Assembly: GCA_963789955.1 (NCBI GenBank)
Contig: CAWBMV010000001.1
Coordinates: 320,001 to 384,000, forward strand
DNA: 64,000 nucleotides
From: an uncultured Candidatus Rokubacteria bacterium
GTDB lineage: Bacteria > Methylomirabilota > Methylomirabilia > Rokubacteriales > CSP1-6
Direction of reading: 5' to 3'
Made by a program: the position numbers and the translations under genes. Positions 23,723 to 34,630 of this stretch are shown here, in pieces. The notes beneath the pieces were generated by a model. That model saw only the letters and a list, made by a program, of their open reading frames with translations. It had not been told where the DNA came from and searched no databases. Position 1 is the stretch's first letter, and every line of letters begins with the position of its first letter.

Positions 23723-23777
23723 GTCGCCGGGCGGCGACTGACTAATACTCGTGCGTTCGCGGCTCGTGGGGCCCGGG

Positions 23778-25008
23778 CTACCCTCGCACCGTCACGCCGC
23801 CCTTGATCACGCGCTTGATGCGGCGCTTGTCCTGCAGGATGGTGATGTCCCGCAGCGGATCGCCCTCGACGAAGACCAGGTCGGCCCACTTGCCCTTCTC
23901 GATCGTGCCGATCTCGCCCTGGAGCCCGAGGCACTCGGCGGCGCGTCCCGTCGCGGCCTGCAGCGCCTGCATCGGCGTCATCCCGGCCGACACCAGCAGA
24001 GCCGGCTCGAGCGCGTTCGCCGGGTGGCCGTGGCCGCCGGCGTCGGTCCCGGCGACGACCTTCACGCCGGCCGCGAGCGCGCGCGCGACGCTCTCGACGT
24101 GGTGCGCGCGCAGCGCGTGGGCGCGCTCGCGCACGTGGGGCGCGGGCGACTCGCGATGATACTCGTAGACCGTCAACGTCGGGACGTAGAAGACGTGGTG
24201 CTCGGCCATCATCGGGATCAGCTCGCGGTCCTCGTCGAGATAGCAGCCGTGCTCGATCGAATCGACCCCGGCCTCGATGGCGACGCGCAGCCCGGCTCCG
24301 CCGAGCGCGTGGCACATCACGCGGCGCCCGAGCGAGTGCGCCTCGTCGACGAGCGCTTTCATCTCCTCGAGCGTGAACTCGGAATCTTTGGGTCCGTGGC
24401 CGGCGCGCGAGCTGGCGCCGCCGGTCGTCGCGCACTTGATCACGTCGGCGCCGGCGCGGACCATCGTGCGGACCGTCGTCCGCACGGCCTCGACCCCGTC
24501 GGCGACGCTCGAGGGCAGACTCGGATCGCTGTCGGCCGGCGCCCGGTGGCCCGACGGGCTCACGCGATCGCCGAGCCCGCCGGTCGGCGAGATGATCGCG
24601 AGCGAGAGCACCAGGCGCGGCCCGGGGATCAACCCTTCCTGGATGGCGACGCGGAAGCCCGCGTCGAGCCCGCCGGCGTCGCGGATCGCGGTGTAGCCGG
24701 ACTCGAGGATCTGCCGCGCGACGGTGGCGGTCCTGAGATGCCAGGTCGAGCGCGGCTCGTCGAGCCCCCAGCGCTTCGCGAGCTCGTAGCCGTGAAAGGC
24801 GAGATGGTCGTGGCAGTCGATGAGCCCGGGCAGCACGGTGAGGCCCGATGCGTCGATCACCTCGGTGCCGGCCGGCCAGCTCCCGCTCGGCGCGGCCGTC
24901 GTCACCGCCTCGATCCGGCCGTTGTCGATCTGGATCACCGCGTCGCGAACCGGCAGGCGCGCCGGTGCCGTCGATCAAGGTGCCCGCGCGGACGATCTTC
25001 ATCGTCAT
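23778..25008 (-). CDS. Metal-dependent amidohydrolase (Xaa-Pro dipeptidase-like; frameshift near 5' end)
   Basis: PGLIDCHDH, GADVIK, MCHA, SIEHG, AGTDAG, GKWADLV. Confidence 0.85.
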
Positions 25009-25853
25009 CCCTTCACCGAGCCGGCCGTCAGGCCGGCCACGTAGTACTCCACGAAGAACGAATAGATGATGGCGACCGGCACCGAGCCGAGCAGCGCGGC
25101 CGCCATGAGCTGGCCCCAGTAGAAGACGTCGCCGCGGATCAGCTCGGTGACCACGCCGATCGGCACCGTGCGGACGTCGCTCCTGGCCAGGAAGATCAGC
25201 GCGTACAGGAACTCGTTCTGGGCCAGGGTGAAGGCGAAGATGCCGGCCGAGAGCAATCCCGGCGTGCACAGCGGCAAGATGATCCGGGTCATCGCCTGGA
25301 ACCGGCTGGCGCCGTCGATCCGCGCGGATTCTTCCAGCTCGCGCGGCACGCTCTTGAAGTAGCCCATCAGGAGCCACGCGCTGAACGGGATCAGCAAGGT
25401 CGGATACGTCAGCATGACGGCCGTCAGCGTGTTGCCGAGCTCGAGCCGGTTGATGATGTCCGACATCGGGATGAAGAGCAGCGGCTGCGGCACGAGGTAG
25501 GTGGCGGCGACGCCGATGGCGACGACGGCCGTGCCGGGAAAGCGCATCCGCGCGAGCGGGTACGCCATCATCGTGCCGATGACGAGCGAGATCACCGTGG
25601 TGACGACCGCGACCAGCATCGTGTTGTAGGTCCACGTGAGGAAGTTCGTCTCGTACAGCAGGTCGACGTAGTGCTTGAGCGTCGGCTGGTAGACGATCAG
25701 CGGCATGATCTTCGCGTTGTAGAGCTCGCGGTTCGGCTTGATCGACGTGATCAGCATCCAGTAGAAGGGAAAGAGCATGCCGACGACGAACACGGCCAGC
25801 GGCATGTAGAGCCGCAGCATTCGCCCGCCGAGCGTGCGCCCGCCGATGATCAC
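25005..25853 (-). CDS. Carbohydrate-type ABC permease
   Basis: ELEESARIDGA EAA motif, NEFLYA, WGQLMAA. Confidence 0.9.
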   Translation of the reverse strand: MIIGGRTLGGRMLRLYMPLAVFVVGMLFPFYWMLITSIKPNRELYNAKIMPLIVYQPTLKHYVDLLYETNFLTWTYNTMLVAVVTTVISLVIGTMMAYPLARMRFPGTAVVAIGVAATYLVPQPLLFIPMSDIINRLELGNTLTAVMLTYPTLLIPFSAWLLMGYFKSVPRELEESARIDGASRFQAMTRIILPLCTPGLLSAGIFAFTLAQNEFLYALIFLARSDVRTVPIGVVTELIRGDVFYWGQLMAAALLGSVPVAIIYSFFVEYYVAGLTAGSVKG

Positions 25854-25874
25854 GGTCGCCGGGCCCCTGGGCGA

Positions 25875-26807
25875 TCATTCCCGCCGCAGGTAGATCGTCA
25901 GCCCGACGATGAGCACGGCCAGCGCCGGCAGGATCGCCAGCGCGACCGCGGCGCCCATGCCGAGCTGGCCGGCCGACATCCCGATGTCGAACGACAACGT
26001 CGAGAAGACGTGGGTCGCGTTGGCGGGCCCGCCGTGGGTGAGCGCGTAGATGAGCTGGAAGTCGCCGAACGTGAAGATCACCGAGAACATCGTCACGATG
26101 ATCAGCACCGGCTTGATGACGGGCAGGGTGACGTAGAGAAACCGTTGCACGCCGGTGGCGCCGTCGATGGCGGCAGCCTCGTAGAGCTCGGCCGAGATCG
26201 TCTGCAGCCCCGCGAGCAAGGTGATGCCGTAGAAGGGCATGCCGCGCCACGTGTTGACGACGATCAGCGATCCCATCGCCAGGGTGGCGTTGCCCAGGAA
26301 GGAATAGCCGCTGGTGAGCAGCTTGCCGTGCACGAGCAGCCAGTTGACGACGCTGAAGGTGGGATCGAGGATCCACATCCACGCGACCGTCGAGAGCGCG
26401 GTCGGGACGATGAACGGCAGCAGCAGGAACGCGCGCACGAGGTTCCGGCCGCGGAACGCCTGGTTCATGACCAGCGCCATCCCGAGCCCGCCCGTGAGCT
26501 TGAGCACCGTCGTGATCGCGACGTAGACGAACGTGTTGCCGACGACCTGCCAGAAGACGGCATCGTGCGCGAGCGTCACGAAGTTGGCGAAGCCGACGAA
26601 CGTGCCCTGGCTCGCGACCCGGCGTTCCTGCAGGCTCAGGAAGATGCCGTAGAAGAACGGGTAGGCGACGAACGCGAGCAGGAAGAGGACGCCGGGGGCC
26701 AGCATGAGCCAGCCGAAGATCCCTTCCCGCTCGAGGAACCCGCGCAGCGCGGAGCGTCCGGCGGCGACCGGAGCGGTCCGCGCGAGCGTCGCCGGCCGGA
26801 CGGACAT
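25875..26807 (-). CDS. Carbohydrate-type ABC permease
   Basis: ELYEAAAIDGA, THGGPANAT. Confidence 0.9.
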   Translation of the reverse strand: MSVRPATLARTAPVAAGRSALRGFLEREGIFGWLMLAPGVLFLLAFVAYPFFYGIFLSLQERRVASQGTFVGFANFVTLAHDAVFWQVVGNTFVYVAITTVLKLTGGLGMALVMNQAFRGRNLVRAFLLLPFIVPTALSTVAWMWILDPTFSVVNWLLVHGKLLTSGYSFLGNATLAMGSLIVVNTWRGMPFYGITLLAGLQTISAELYEAAAIDGATGVQRFLYVTLPVIKPVLIIVTMFSVIFTFGDFQLIYALTHGGPANATHVFSTLSFDIGMSAGQLGMGAAVALAILPALAVLIVGLTIYLRRE

Positions 26808-26813
26808 CGCGGG

Positions 26814-28089
26814 CTACTTCGCTTTGTAGATCTGCTTCAGCTGCGGACGCGGCCGTCGCGATGACGTCCTTCGTCGAGTCGCCGCGGCACGCCTTGGCGA
26901 ACATGTCGACGAGCACGTACTTGGCCACGCTCTCCGACATGGCGTGGCTCGGCGGCCCGGGCCACCCGTGCAGCCGCGACGTCTTCAGCGACTCCTTGTA
27001 GGGCAGGTAGCGCGGCTCAGGACCCCACATCGGGTGGTTCTCGTAGCCGTTGAGGAACGGCGCGTAGTAGGCGTCGCCGGACGCGAGCCAGCGCGACAGC
27101 TGCTTATCGTCGTAGAGCCAGCGCAGGAAGGCCTTGGCCGCCGCCTGGTCCGGCGCGTGGGTCAGGAGGGCGTGCGAGACCGGATTCAGAAGGTGGAACC
27201 GGCCCTTGGGCCCCTGCGGATTCATCGCGTGGTCGGTGACCTTGGCGATCTCGGGGAAATCGCGCTTGCCGACCACCAGGATCGACGACGCGTTGTTGGT
27301 GCAGGAGATCTGCTCGCCGAAGAACGACTTGTTGTTGCTCACGTCGGTCCAGCCGAGCACGTCCTCGAACATCGTCTCCTTGTAGAAGCGGCGGCAGAAA
27401 TCGACGGCCTTGGCCGTCTCGTCGGAGTCGATGAGCACGGTCTTGCCGTCCTTGTCGACCTCGCGACCGCCGTACGACCACAGAAGCGGGTAGAGCCAGC
27501 CGTGGTTGTCGCCGAAGCCGTGACCGAGCTCGAAGCCGAAGGGATGGCCGGCCTTCTTGAGCAGGCGCCCGGCCGAGAGCAGGTCTTCCCAGTTGTCGGG
27601 GAACTTGCTGACGCCGGCTTCCTTGAACCAGTCGGTGCGGTACACCTCGAGCTGGCCGATGTTGCCCCACGGCAGCGCCTTCCACTTCTTGTTGACCACG
27701 ACCGCGTCGAGGATGTTGTCGTGCCAGGGACCGATCTTCTTGCCGATCTCGGTCGCGATGTCGGTGAGGTCCACCAGGCTCGCGTCGAAGAGGTGAGGCC
27801 AGTTGAGCGCCGTCATGGCGATCTCCGGTCCCGACTTCGTCTCGGCGATCGTCGTGAGCCGCGTGAGCATCCCGCCCACGCTCGTGGCCTCGTAGTTGAT
27901 CTTGATGCCCGTGAGCTTCTCGTAGTCGGTCGCCAGAGTTTTGGCGAAGTAGTCGTCGAACGGCTTGATGAAGGAGCTCTCGCGGACGACGGTCATGGCC
28001 TTGGGCGCGGCGGCGGCGCGCCGGGCGCCGAGTGTGGCGCCGGCGAGGGCGCCCGCGGTCACGGTCAGGAAGTCGCGACGGGTGGTCAT
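26814..28089 (-). CDS. ABC extracellular solute-binding protein, Tat signal (frameshift near 3' end)
   Basis: MTTRRDFL Tat motif; YRTDWF, GFELGHGFGD, WTDVSNN. Confidence 0.85.
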
Positions 28090-28102
28090 GGGATCCTCCC
28101 GA

Positions 28103-28357
28103 CTACTTGCCCGGCTTGGCCGCATCGTCTTTGGCTTTCAGGCGCTCGGCCTGCTCCTCGGCGAGCCTCTGATAGGCGAGATAGTACTTGTCGCTGTTGG
28201 AGACGTAGGTGACCGTCGAGGTCGCCGGTCCACTTCGTGGCGACGGGGCTGCGGAGGTCGAAGGCGCTCGCCGGCGCCTGAGCGGGAGCCTGGGCTGCGC
28301 GACGGCGGCGGGCAGGCAAAGCGCGGGCGGCGGGGCGAGGGACACAATGCGCGTCAT
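28103..28357 (-). pseudogene. Internally deleted MltF-like lytic transglycosylase remnant
   Basis: N-terminal-type motif KWTGDLDG joined out of frame to C-terminal-type motif TVTYVSN.DKYYLAY at about 28215; no catalytic core. Confidence 0.6.
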
Positions 28358-28432
28358 GAGGCGACCCTCCATACGATGAATGACCGTTCGGGGCAAAGAT
28401 CGCGTTCCGGCGCACGTCACCGCCCGCCGTCC

Positions 28433-28461
28433 TTGACACCCGCGCGCCGGGCGCGTATCAC
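28433..28461 (+). promoter_or_regulatory. sigma-70-type promoter
   Basis: TTGACA-N17-TATCAC upstream of RBS GAGGAGG and ATG 28503. Confidence 0.55.
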
Positions 28462-28502
28462 CCAATCGGATCGGCCGTTTAGGCCGAAGAGGAGGACACA
28501 CG

Positions 28503-29439
28503 ATGCGCGCGACCTCGCAGCTCCGGCAGCTCCTGAAGTCCGGCAAGACCGCTGTTCGTGCCCGGCTGCTACAACGCCCTCAGCGCCCGGATCCTCGCCG
28601 ACGTCGGCTTCCCGGCCGTCTACATGACCGGCTACGGCACCTCGCTCTCGCTGCTCGGCATGCCCGACGCGGGGCTGGCGACCATGACCGAGATGCACCT
28701 GAACGCGCGCTACATCGCCAACGCCGTGCCGGTGCCCGTCATCGCCGACGCCGACAACGGCTACGGCAACGCGATCAACGTGATGCGCACGGTGCGCGAG
28801 TACATCGGCACCGGGGTGGCCGGCATCCACATCGAGGACCAGGTGATCCCCAAGCGGTGCGGCCACGTGGCCGGCCGCCGCGTGATCCCGATCGAGGAAG
28901 CCGTGGGCAAGTACCGCGCGGCCGACGCGGTGCGGCGCGAGCTCGATCCCGATTTCGTCCTGATCGCCCGCACCGACGCCCGCGGCGCCACCGGCGGCTC
29001 GCTCGACGAGGCGATTCGCCGCGCCAACGCCTATCTCGCGGCCGGCGCCGACCTCGCGTTCGTCGAAGGGCCGACGAGCGTCGAGGAAGTGCGCCGCGTG
29101 TGTCGCGAAGTGAAGGGGCCGGTGTTCTACAACCAGACCGGCGTGTCGCCGCGGTTCAGCCTCGCGCAGATGCAGGAGCTCGGGATCGCCGTGACCATCA
29201 TCCCCGGCGCGACCTTCCGCGCCACCATCGAGGCGGTCTACGATCTGGCCGTGGCGCTCCGCGACGAGGGCCCGCTGGCCGAGGAGCGCTTCGCCGAACG
29301 GTTCAAGCGCCATCCGCTCGGCGACGTGCACACCTTCGCCGGCTTCGATCGCATCCGCGAGTGGGAGGCGCAGTACTTGCCGCCCGAGGAAGCGGAGAAG
29401 TATGCCGACTCGGTCGGCCACCAGCCCACGCGCAAATGA
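28503..29439 (+). CDS. Isocitrate lyase/PEP mutase family protein (methylisocitrate lyase-like; frameshift near 5' end)
   Basis: ADADNGYG, IEDQ..PKRCGH, ARTDA. Confidence 0.85.
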
Positions 29440-30143
29440 CCGCTTCGCCCGTGCGCAAGCAGATCGTCGCGATGGGCGGCGGCAGCTTCAGCGCCGAGCC
29501 GGACGGCTCGGCCCTGGACGCCTATGTCCTGGCCCTGGCGGGTAAGCCGCGCCCGAAGATCTGCTTCGTCCCGACCGCGAGCGGCGACGCACCGGAGTAC
29601 GCGACGAAGTTCTACGATTCGTTCGCCCGCCGGGCCGAGGCGAGCCACCTCTATCTCTTCGGACGCCCGCGCACGGACATGGCGAGCCTTCTCGCGAGCC
29701 AGGACATCATCTACGTCGGCGGCGGGAACACCGCGAACATGCTCGCGGTGTGGCGCGTGCACGGCGTGGACCGAATGATGCGTGACGCATGGGAGCGCGG
29801 CGTGATCCTGACCGGTGTCAGCGCCGGGATGATCTGCTGGTTCGAGTGCGGGGTGACCGATTCGTTCGGGCCGCTCGCCGCGCTCCGCGACGGCCTCGGC
29901 TTTCTCCCGGGCAGCGCGTGCCCGCACTACGACGGCGAGAAGGACCGGCGGCCCACGTATCAGCGCCTCGTCCGCGGCGGCTTTCCGGCCGGCTACGCCG
30001 CGGACGACGGCGCCGCGCTGCACTTCGTCGACACCGACCTGGTGGCCTGCGTCGCCTCGCGGCCGACGGCCGGCGGCTACCGGGTGCGCGCCGAGAGCGA
30101 CACGGTCACGGAAACGCCGCTCTCTGTTCGTCTCCTCGGCTGA
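29436..30143 (+). CDS. Peptidase E (S51 family)
   Basis: AMGGG, FVPTASGD, YVGGGNT, GVSAG (Ser nucleophile), CPHYD. Confidence 0.85.
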   Translation: MTASPVRKQIVAMGGGSFSAEPDGSALDAYVLALAGKPRPKICFVPTASGDAPEYATKFYDSFARRAEASHLYLFGRPRTDMASLLASQDIIYVGGGNTANMLAVWRVHGVDRMMRDAWERGVILTGVSAGMICWFECGVTDSFGPLAALRDGLGFLPGSACPHYDGEKDRRPTYQRLVRGGFPAGYAADDGAALHFVDTDLVACVASRPTAGGYRVRAESDTVTETPLSVRLLG

Positions 30144-30295
30144 AGCGGGCGAATCTCGAACACGACACGGCTTCGTTCGTCACGGCGCGCCCGGCTCCTC
30201 AGGGGCTCGCCGAAATAGTCGATCAGGCGGTCGATGCGCCGTGCCGAGTCTCGCTTGAATGGCGTGAACCGATCGAGCACGACCATGGTAGTCAT
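30077..30295 (-). CDS. Small hypothetical protein under a candidate sigma-54 promoter
   Basis: MTTMVVLDRFTPFKRD...; upstream TGGCTCAGGCATGGCA (30321-30336, minus) and two GTTYC-N5-GRAAC boxes; overlaps the 3' end of the peptidase E gene. Confidence 0.4.
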   Translation of the reverse strand: MTTMVVLDRFTPFKRDSARRIDRLIDYFGEPLRSRARRDERSRVVFEIRPLQPRRRTESGVSVTVSLSARTR

Positions 30296-30375
30296 GCCCC
30301 CGCGACGCACTCAACTTCGATGCCATGCCTGAGCCACGCGTTTCCGCGGGGTTGCCCGCTTGCGCCGTCGCGATT

Positions 30376-30410
30376 GTTTCCGAACGGAACGCGATGTTCC
30401 GGGACGAAAC
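30376..30410. promoter_or_regulatory. Tandem GTTYC-N5-GRAAC palindromic boxes
   Basis: GTTTCCGAACGGAAC (30376-30390), GTTCCGGGACGAAAC (30396-30410). Confidence 0.6.
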
Positions 30411-30423
30411 GGTAAATTCGAGC

Positions 30424-31360
30424 TCAGGCCGCTCCGACGTGGGCGGCCATCCGGTCGCGCATCGCCGCATCCGGGAGCCTGCCGGTGGCGGCCTTGAGAT
30501 TGTCGACCATGTGCTGCGGCCGGCTCGTGCCCGGGATCGCGCAGGTCACCGCCGGGTTCGCCAGGATCCACTTCAGGAAAAACTGCGCCCAGCTGTCGCA
30601 GTCGAACTCGGCCGCCCACGGCGGCACCGCCTGGGCGCGCACGCGCTGGAAGAGTCCGCCCTCGGCGAACGGCCGGTTGGCGAGCACGGCGACGCCGCGG
30701 TCGCGGGCCAGGGGCAGGATGCGGCGCTCGGCTTCACGCTCGCCGAGGGAGTAGTTGACCTGGACGAAGTCGAGCGTCTCGGCACGCAGCACGCGCTCCA
30801 GCTCGTCGTAGGCGCTCGACGTGTAGTGCGTGACCCCGAGATAGCGAATGCGGCCGGCCGCCTTCCACTCTCGCAGGGTGCGAAGATGCGTCCGCCAGTC
30901 GAGGAGGTTGTGGATCTGGATCAGATCGAGTCGCTGGGCGCGCAGCCGCTTGAGCGACTGCTCCATCTGCGCCACGCCGGCCTCTCGCCCGCTCGTCCAC
31001 ACCTTCGTGGCCAGGAACAGCTTGTCGGTGATCGCGAGATCCGCGGCGAGATCGCCCACGACCGACTCGGCCGTGCCATACATCGGCGACGAGTCGACGA
31101 CACGTCCGCCCAGCTCGAGCAGACTCTTCAGCACGTCCTTGAGCGGCGCCCGCTCGGATGGCGAGCCTGCCGACGTCGAACACGCGCCACGTGCCGAGTC
31201 CGACCACCGGGATCATCTCGCCGCTGACGGGAATCGGCCGACTCAGCACCGGCGAGGCCGCACCACCGCCGCCCGGACGCACCGCCAGCCCCGCCGCCAT
31301 CAATCCAAGCACCACCCGCCGCGAGAGCCGCCCCGATCGATCGTCATGCCCTCTCCTCAT
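30424..31360 (-). CDS. Aldo/keto reductase with Tat-like leader (frameshifted)
   Basis: GLGTW, DSSPMYG, LATKVW, DLIQIHN, QVNYS, IPGTS. Confidence 0.85.
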
Positions 31361-31590
31361 ACCACGGACATACCACGACCACCGACCGAGTGCCTACGCG
31401 ACCCAACCGAGCGAGTGTCTACGCCGAACTGACGAGCGGTAACGACGTGACGAGGGCGGGGCGAGAGCCGGGCGGGTGGCGCAGGGCGCGGCTCCGGCGA
31501 GCCCGGCGGAGTGGGCCCCCCTCGTCCCGCCCGCAGCTCGAAGAGCTGCGAATCGGGCGAGCGGGTGACGCAGCCGGGCTGGCCGGAGCC

Positions 31591-31617
31591 GGCCCTGCGA
31601 CAGGCCCCGCCCGCCTC
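31591..31617 (+). repeat. Dispersed REP-like repeat, copy B, within a structured intergenic region
   Basis: Identical to 20357-20383; nearby hairpin CGCAGCTC-GAA-GAGCTGCG. Confidence 0.8.
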
Positions 31618-31640
31618 ACGCGGCCACCACGCCAGGAGAG

Positions 31641-32987
31641 CTAGCGATCGATTCCGTATTCTTTGAGCTTCCGCCAGAGCGTCGTCCGCCCGATCCCGAG
31701 CGCTTCCGCGGCGCTGGAGTGATTGCGCCCGAAGCGCTCCAGGGTCTGCGAGAATGTGCACGCGCTCGGTTTCGGCGAGCGTCGTCTGGCGCGGAAGCTG
31801 AGGCGAAGGGCCGAGCAGCAGTCCCGCCGACACGTGCGGCGGCAGATCCTCGGGCTCGACGCTGTCGCGGCGAGCCAGGATCGCGGCGCGCTCGATCGCG
31901 TTCTCGAGCTCGCGCACGTTCCCGGGCCAGGGGTAGCGGAGCAGCCGCTCGACCGTCGCGGGCGACAGACGCAGCTCGCGGCCGAGCTTGCCGCCGGCCC
32001 GGGCGAGGAAATGCTCGGCCAGCGCCGGAATGTCTTCGCGGCGATCGCGCAGCGGCGGCAGCGCGACCTGGATGACGTTCAATCGATAGAAGAGGTCTTC
32101 GCGGAAGGTCCCCTGCGCGATGAGCGACGCGAGATCGCCGTGCGTGGCCGCGATCACGCGCACGTCGATCGTGCTCGACTGGGTCGCGCCAAGCCGCCGC
32201 ACCTCGCCGCTCTGCAGCGCGCGCAGGAGCTTCACCTGGAGCGCGGCCGGCATCTCGGCGATCTCGTCCAGGAACAGCGTGCCGCCGTCGGCTTCCTCGA
32301 AGAGCCCGAGCTTGGAGACCGCGGCGCCGGTGAACGCGCCGCGCATGTAGCCGAAGAGCTCCGACTCGAGCAAGGTCTCGGGCACGGCGCCGCAGTTCAC
32401 GGCCACGAACGGCCGCGCCGCGCGCGGGCTCGCGTGGTGGACGGCCTTGGCGATGACCTCCTTGCCGGTGCCGGATTCGCCCTGGATCAGCAACGTCGCG
32501 TCCGTCGGCGCCACGCGCTCGACGAGGTCGAGGACGGTGTGCATGGCCGACGACTGCGCGATGAGCCCGGGCAGGCCGTAGCGCTCCCGGAGCTGGGCGC
32601 GCAGATTCTCGTTCTCACGGCGGAGCGCGCGCCCGGCCAGCGCCTTGTCGATCCGGTGATAGAGCTCGTCGGGCTCCTGTCCCTTCTCGAAATAGTCGAG
32701 CGCGCCGAGGCGGATCGCTTCCTTGGCCGACTTCCACTCGGCGTACGCGGTCAGCAGGATGACCTCGGTTTCCGGCGCGTGGGCCTTGGCCGCTCGCAGC
32801 ACGTCGAGGCCATCGCCGTCGGGCATGCGCAGATCGGTCACGACGAGATCGAACACTTCGTCGGAGAGCTTGGCCGTCGCCGACGTGACCCCGTCGGCCT
32901 CCACGACGCGGTGCCCCGTTTCCGCAGCAGCAGCGCCAGGGTGCTCCGCGCCGACGGCTCGTCGTCCACGACCAGGAGATGCGCCAT
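31641..32987 (-). CDS. sigma-54-dependent response regulator (REC-AAA+-Fis HTH, NtrC family; frameshifted)
   Basis: [71 protein letters not shown]. Confidence 0.9.
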
Positions 32988-34330
32988 CTCAGGTAGCCTC
33001 GACCGGGCAGCTCGACCGGGAACAGGAGCGTCACCCGCGTGCCCCGGCCCAGCTCGGAGTCGATCTCGATGCGGCCCCCGTGCGCGCCCATGATGCGCTC
33101 GGCGATGGTGAGGCCGAGCCCGCTGCCGTTCGGCTTGCCCGTGTAGAACGGCTCGAACACGCGCGAGAGGTTCTCGGCGGAGATCCCGCCGCCGGTATCG
33201 CTGACCGAGAGCGCGACGTCGCCGTTCTGACGATTGACCTCGAGCGAGAGCCGGCCGCGTCCGTTCATCGCTTCGACGGCGTTGAGCGCCACGTTCCAGA
33301 GCACCTGGGTGAGCTGGTCGCGGTCGAACGAAAAGCGCGGGACGGCCGGATCGACCGCCACGCGCACGTCGACGCGCGGTGCGCGCGAGCGATCCTCGCG
33401 GATGAGCGAGCTCACGTGCTGGACGACCTCGCGGATATCGCCGGGCGCGCGCCGCGCCTCCTGAGGCCGCGCGAACTGGAGGAAGTCGGACAGGATGCGG
33501 TTGAGCCGGCGCGCCTCGGTCCGGAGCGCGCCGAGCGTCGACGTGCGCTCGTCGGGGGTGAGTCCCATGTCGTCGGTCAGGAGCGCGGTGGCGTTCAGGA
33601 TGGCCGCGAGGGGATTGCGGATCTCGTGCGCCATGCCGGCGGCGAGCTCGCCCGCCGTGGCCAGGCGCTCGGCTTCTCGCAGGCGCGCGTGGAGCCGCTC
33701 GCTCTCGCTGCGGGCTCGCTCGAGCACCATGATGATCACCGCGAAGGTCGACAGGAAGTAGAGGAGGATGAACACCGCGTGCACCGCGAGGTATCCGGGC
33801 GATCCCGGCACGATGTTCACGAACTGGGTGGCGATGCGATGAACGCCCCAGAGGGTGAGGAATCCGGCCAGGAGCCGCTCACCCCGAAATCCCGTCATGC
33901 GCGTTTGCGCGGGCCAGAAGAGCAAGCCGGCGGCCATCTGCGCCATGCCGAGGGCAATGCCCACGGCGCGCTGAGTCTCGTCGCCGCTGCCCATGTCGCC
34001 GGCGAGGGTCAAGCCGACCGCGGCCGCGGCGCCGATCACGAGGTCGCGTGCGTGCAGTCGATAGCCCCACCGGTGCGCGAACGCGGCCGCGAGGGTCAAG
34101 CCGACCGCGGCGACCGTCGCGAGATCGGTGACGAAGCTCGGATGATCGACGCCCAGCACCAGCACGTCCACGAGCCTGAGACCTTTGGACAAGGTGTAGG
34201 CGCCCCAGGCCAGGAGCAAGTACTGGAAGAAGCGAACCCGGTGCGACTGGTAGAGGTACGCGAAGATGAGCAGCTGAACCGCGAACGCGACCGTCGAGAC
34301 GAACGTCAGGATCAGCGGCGCCGGCATCAC
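32988..34330 (-). CDS. Sensor histidine kinase with about 7 TM helices and no large periplasmic domain
   Basis: Seven hydrophobic segments in the first ~215 aa; H-box MAHEIRNPL; N box NVALNAVEA; DTGGG, FEPFY, GSGLGL. RBS GGAGG. Confidence 0.9.
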
Positions 34331-34356
34331 AACCTCCAGTTCAGTCTACGCTGTCC

Positions 34357-34372
34357 CGCAAATCGTGTGCCA
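34357..34372 (-). promoter_or_regulatory. sigma-54 promoter for the kinase-regulator operon
   Basis: Minus-strand TGGCACACGATTTGCG, a near-perfect TGGCAC-N5-TTGC consensus. Confidence 0.8.
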
Positions 34373-34413
34373 CGCGAGCCCCGCGTCGAATCACGCGAAA
34401 TCGTCGCGCGCAC

Positions 34414-34514
34414 GTTTCACTTCGAAACGACGTTCCACTGCGGAACTCGCGATCGCGCCGTCGGTGCGCGACCGAGCATTGATTCACGGTGAACCCGGCG
34501 TTTCGCCTTGGAAC
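34414..34514. promoter_or_regulatory. Three GTTYC-N5-GRAAC boxes (candidate enhancer for the local bEBP)
   Basis: GTTTCACTTCGAAAC 34414, GTTCCACTGCGGAAC 34432, GTTTCGCCTTGGAAC 34500. Confidence 0.65.
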
Positions 34515-34568
34515 CATCGCGCGCGCTCGCCGGGCGAGTGTTCTCAATGATTTCAGGAAGTTCACGTC

Positions 34569-34584
34569 TGGCACGTCCTCTGCT
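34569..34584 (+). promoter_or_regulatory. sigma-54 promoter for the repeat-peptide gene
   Basis: TGGCACGTCCTCTGCT (GG-N10-GC), then RBS GAGGGAGG and ATG 34631. Confidence 0.75.
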
Positions 34585-34630
34585 TTAACGCGTTGCGGCT
34601 CGCACAAAACGATTGAGGGAGGACGAAGAC

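Noticed and set aside
23751..26864. Very long opposite-strand ORFs (also 17501-19690, 36936-39644, 50765-52408)
   Set aside because: These are antisense shadows of real high-GC genes, with Arg/Ala/Gly-rich translations and no motifs.
23545..28125. 1526-aa ORF as a giant fusion protein
   Set aside because: It is the solute-binding protein reading through an indel into off-frame sequence of the downstream genes.
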